The notes under the pieces: model-generated | What the model saw: only the letters and a program-made list of their open reading frames with translations | Database searches by the model: none | What the model was told of the DNA's origin: nothing | Source of the DNA: Nocardia sp. NPDC006982 | GTDB taxonomy: Bacteria > Actinomycetota > Actinomycetes > Mycobacteriales > Mycobacteriaceae | Direction of reading: 5' to 3' | DNA: 64,000 bases | Assembly (NCBI RefSeq): GCF_042869435.1 | Contig: NZ_JBIAFV010000007.1 | Coordinates: 441,202-505,201 of the forward strand | Made by a program: the position numbers and the translations under genes | Shown here: in pieces, positions 60,754 to 64,000 of the stretch | How the letters are laid out: each line of letters starts with the position of its first letter | How positions within the stretch are numbered: the first letter of the stretch is position 1

Positions 60754-61500
60754 GACCCAACCTTCTGCTCAATGGTGTCGAGGTCACCGCGCCGCAGGCG
60801 ACCTCGTCGTCACCTATCAGCACAACGCATCGACGAAGCGTGGCGCTAGCGGCAAACGAGCAGACTGTCAGGCCTCACCTTGTGCACATGACCAAGGATC
60901 GCGGGTCGACAGGTCGATAGCGCTCCGGGCCGACGTGCTGGATCACGTCACCGATTACAAATCGACACGTCACCGTTTCGAATAGTGTCGTTCGGGCGCA
61001 GTCCGCGCGAACGTGCAGATCGGCAACCGCCGTGCCCGCGACCGTGGTGTCGGAGATGGCCAAGTCCATCTCGTGGGTGGTTTGTCCGGCACCAGCGGGT
61101 TGAGCACCGCCTGGGAAGCTGGAGCCTGCGGCGTTGAGGCCGCCGATGGTCATCGAATGCCGTGCCGCCGTCGAGCGGTGACGAATTCATTTCCCAACCT
61201 CGCGATCTGCACCGATGAACAAACCGGCGTGTGGTCCAGCTCAACCGAGCGTCGGGATGGGCGGTAGCCGCAGAATACCGAAGCTCCCGCGCGAACTTTG
61301 TGCGGCTGCACCGGGGTGGCTGCGGACACGCCGGATCGGTCCGTTTCTCGCCCGGATTCGGGTCCGTCATTGATGTCGAAGTCGTATCGTGAGACTCGGC
61401 GAGCAGGACCTGCCGTGACCCATGGACGGGTCCGGTCGTCAGAGGACAATCGCCTCGCCACCCGCGGATAGACCTGCGCCGCGAAAGCGAGGAGCAAGCC

Positions 61501-62955
61501 GTGTTGGACGAGCGAGCAGCCTTGACTGCCACCACCGACGGAATTCTGGAATACATCTGCGCCGCGGAAGTCGAATACGTCGATATTCGATTCTGCGACG
61601 TTCCCGGTGTGCAGCAACACTTTTCGATACCGGCCGTCACATTCGGCGCGGATCTGGTCGACAACGGGATCGCCTTCGACGGCTCATCGGTGCGCGGTTT
61701 CCAGTCGATCCACGAATCGGATATGTTGCTGCTCCCGGATCTGCGCACCGCACAATTGGACCCCTTCCGGGCCGCGAAGACCCTGAATTTGAACTGCTTC
61801 GTGCACGATCCGCATACGCACGAGGCCTACAGCCGCGATCCGCGCAATGTCGCGCGCAAGGCCGAGGAGTATCTGAAGAGCACCGGCATCGCCGATACCG
61901 CCTACTTCGGACCGGAGGCGGAGTTCTACATCTTCGATGCCGTGCGCTACGACACCAAGATGAACGGCGCCTTCTACGAGGTGGATTCGTCCTCGGCCGA
62001 CTGGAACACCGGCGTCAAATATAATCCCGACGGCACGATCAACCGCGGGTACAAGGTGCGCGCGAAGGGCGGCTACTTCCCGGTGGCCCCGTACGACGCC
62101 GATGTCGATGTGCGCGATCGGATGTGCACGAATCTGCAGAACGCCGGGTTCGAATTGGAGAAGGGCCACCACGAGGTCGGTACGGCGGGCCAGGCCGAGA
62201 TCAACTACAAATTCAATACGCTGCTGGCCGCCGCCGATGATCTGCAGCTGTACAAGTACATCATCAAGAACACCGCGTGGGCCGAGGGCAAGACCGTCAC
62301 TTTCATGCCAAAACCACTGTTCGGCGATAACGGCTCAGGCATGCACGTGCACCAATCCCTGTGGCTGAAGGGCACACCGCTGTTCTACGACGAAGCCGGC
62401 TACGCGGGGCTGTCCGATCTGGCCCGGCACTATATCGGCGGACTGCTACTGCACGCGTCCTCATTGCTGGCATTCACCAATCCGACCGTGAACTCCTACA
62501 AGCGCCTGGTGCCCGGCTTCGAGGCCCCGGTGAATCTGGTCTACAGTCAGCGCAATCGCTCAGCGGCCGTGCGCATTCCGGTCACCGGCACGAATCCGAA
62601 GGCCAAGCGTCTGGAATTCCGCTGCCCCGACTCCTCCGGCAATCCGTACCTGGCCTTCGCCGCCATGATGATGGCCGGTCTGGACGGCATTCGCCGCAAG
62701 ATCGAACCGCCCGTCCCGATCGACAAGGACCTCTACGAGCTCACCCCGGAGGAATCCGCCGAGGTCACCCAAACTCCACCCAGCCTCGACAGCGTTATCG
62801 ACCGACTGGAAGCCGATAACGACTACCTGACCGAAGGCAATGTCTTCACCGACGACCTGCTCGAAACCTGGATCCGCCTCAAGCGCGATACCGAGATCTC
62901 TGAAATCAACGTCCGCCCGCACCCCTACGAATTCGAGCTCTACTTCGACGTCTAG
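61501..62955 (+). CDS. glnA: Glutamine synthetase type I
   Basis: [18 protein letters not shown]...[22 protein letters not shown]... is near-collinear with Mtb GlnA1. GTG start assumed. Confidence 0.95.
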   Translation: MLDERAALTATTDGILEYICAAEVEYVDIRFCDVPGVQQHFSIPAVTFGADLVDNGIAFDGSSVRGFQSIHESDMLLLPDLRTAQLDPFRAAKTLNLNCFVHDPHTHEAYSRDPRNVARKAEEYLKSTGIADTAYFGPEAEFYIFDAVRYDTKMNGAFYEVDSSSADWNTGVKYNPDGTINRGYKVRAKGGYFPVAPYDADVDVRDRMCTNLQNAGFELEKGHHEVGTAGQAEINYKFNTLLAAADDLQLYKYIIKNTAWAEGKTVTFMPKPLFGDNGSGMHVHQSLWLKGTPLFYDEAGYAGLSDLARHYIGGLLLHASSLLAFTNPTVNSYKRLVPGFEAPVNLVYSQRNRSAAVRIPVTGTNPKAKRLEFRCPDSSGNPYLAFAAMMMAGLDGIRRKIEPPVPIDKDLYELTPEESAEVTQTPPSLDSVIDRLEADNDYLTEGNVFTDDLLETWIRLKRDTEISEINVRPHPYEFELYFDV

Positions 62956-62956
62956 G

Positions 62957-63733
62957 TCAGTCGGTGTGCAGCTCGCCGTTGATGGTGAGGAAGGCGGTGG
63001 GGGTGAGGCCGAACATGGCGCGGAAGGTATCGCTGAAATGTGAAGGGGACGCGAAGCCCGCGTCGACGGCGGCGCGGGTGAGGTCGTGGCCCGCGGCATA
63101 GGCCCGGCCGACGCGCAGCATCCGCGCCCATTGCACGTAACGGCGGAAACTGGTGCCGGTCTGTTCGGCGAAGGTACGCAGGAAGTAGGAGGTCGATAGC
63201 CCTGCGGCACTTGCCTTTTCGGCGGCGCGCTGCTGCTGGGTCGGGTCGGCGCGGATGGCCGTGGCGACGGCGGCGATGCGGGGATCGCGGATGGTGGGGA
63301 CCGGGATGCTGGCCAGCTCGAGCAGACGGTCGATGTCCGGTGCCGGGTCGGCGCACAGCTCGATCAGTTCGGCCTCGTTGCGATGGTCGGCGCTGTATCC
63401 GTTGACGGTGCGGCGCATACCGCCGAGGCAGCGGGCCATATTTTCCGAGGTCGGGTCGAAGAAGCAGAAGAGCTTGGGCACGTCGGTGTCCAGGATGTGG
63501 TGCGTGACGCGGGCCCGGAACAAGAAGCTGCGGGCGGTGATGTCCGCAGCGTCCGCGACCCGGACCCGAAACGGGGCGTCGAGTCCGACCCCGAGGCCGG
63601 CGATCGCGGTGGAGTGCGCGCCCAGGGCCATCCCGGGCCCGATGTAGATCGCGTGTCCGGGTCGCAGCCAGAGCCGGGCAGAGGTGACCGCCGTTTCGGG
63701 AGCGCACGTTTCTGGAAGTGCCGACCGCGCCAT
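62957..63733 (-). CDS. AraC-family transcriptional regulator
   Basis: C-terminal AraC HTH (GLSTSYFLRTFAEQTGTSFRRYVQWARM). Confidence 0.8.
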   Translation of the reverse strand: MARSALPETCAPETAVTSARLWLRPGHAIYIGPGMALGAHSTAIAGLGVGLDAPFRVRVADAADITARSFLFRARVTHHILDTDVPKLFCFFDPTSENMARCLGGMRRTVNGYSADHRNEAELIELCADPAPDIDRLLELASIPVPTIRDPRIAAVATAIRADPTQQQRAAEKASAAGLSTSYFLRTFAEQTGTSFRRYVQWARMLRVGRAYAAGHDLTRAAVDAGFASPSHFSDTFRAMFGLTPTAFLTINGELHTD

Positions 63734-63778
63734 ATCCGCGACGATACAGAAAGTCGCAGGACAGACGGGAGATCAGGG

Positions 63779-64000
63779 ATGAAGCTGGATGGGCAGCCGG
63801 AATCGACCTTCGAATTGCGGGAGGTGACGGTCGACGGCGCACGGCTGCGTTATGTCGATGTCGGGCAGGGGGATCCGCTGGTGCTGCTGCACGGCTGGCC
63901 GGAAAGCCATGCCGCATGGCGGCACCAGATCGGGCCGCTCGCGTTATCGCGGCGGGTCATCGCACCGGACTGGCTCGGGTGGGGTGCTTCCGACCGGGAC
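63779..64000 (+). CDS. Alpha/beta-hydrolase-fold protein (epoxide-hydrolase-like), 3' end truncated by the window edge
   Basis: VLLHGWPESHAAWRHQ motif typical of the alpha/beta-hydrolase nucleophile-elbow region. Confidence 0.7.
   Translation, partial: MKLDGQPESTFELREVTVDGARLRYVDVGQGDPLVLLHGWPESHAAWRHQIGPLALSRRVIAPDWLGWGASDRD

Noticed and set aside
60875-61153. 92-aa minus-strand ORF (MTIGGLNAAGSSFPGG...) in the fadD-glnA intergenic region
   Set aside because: Good GC3 only in its first half and no recognisable family. It may be a gene fragment or a small protein, but the evidence is insufficient to call it.
1-64000. CRISPR arrays, rRNA genes
   Set aside because: No short regularly spaced direct repeats and no rRNA-like conserved segments were seen. 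The only extended repeats are the intragenic 430-bp duplication and the short tandem repeat at 46098.

Overview
High-GC (~68-70%) actinobacterial chromosome segment, most likely a Nocardia/Rhodococcus-like member of the Mycobacteriales. Evidence: Tat-signal multicopper oxidase, WS/DGAT triacylglycerol synthases, FadD ligases, and a glutamine synthetase very close to M. tuberculosis GlnA1. The dominant theme is a large cluster of homologues of the M. tuberculosis DosR (DevR) dormancy/hypoxia regulon. They are an Rv2030c-like PRTase-erythromycin-esterase fusion, an Rv2625c-like S2P-CBS protease, three Acg-family nitroreductase paralogues, a tandem universal stress protein, an Hrp1/Rv2626c-like CBS protein, an Rv0079-like hibernation factor, a CtpF-like P-type ATPase, an Rv1733c-like membrane protein, an Rv0569-like DUF1918 protein, a Tgs-like WS/DGAT and a 1334-aa OtsB1-like trehalose-phosphatase/GH65 fusion. 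Ten of these sit head-to-tail on the minus strand from about 26551 to 16554 and look like one operon. The rest of the window holds lipid metabolism (two FadD, a second WS/DGAT, a fatty-acid hydroxylase), an OmpR-type two-component system, two SPFH proteins and regulators (TetR, two AraC, PucR). It also holds a frameshifted IS5/IS427-like element, a frameshifted tyrosine integrase with an AbrB-like partner, an 888-aa hyper-acidic protein with a ~430-bp internal tandem duplication, and a frameshifted six-repeat beta-propeller (lectin-like) gene. The density of truncated or frameshifted genes is striking: remnants of an acetyl-CoA synthetase, an E2 acyltransferase, DedA, MgtA, a CBS protein, a DUF385 protein, a Ser/Thr kinase and YidC. 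No tRNA, rRNA or CRISPR array was found. All functional calls rest on by-eye motif recognition; start codons and regulatory motifs are provisional.
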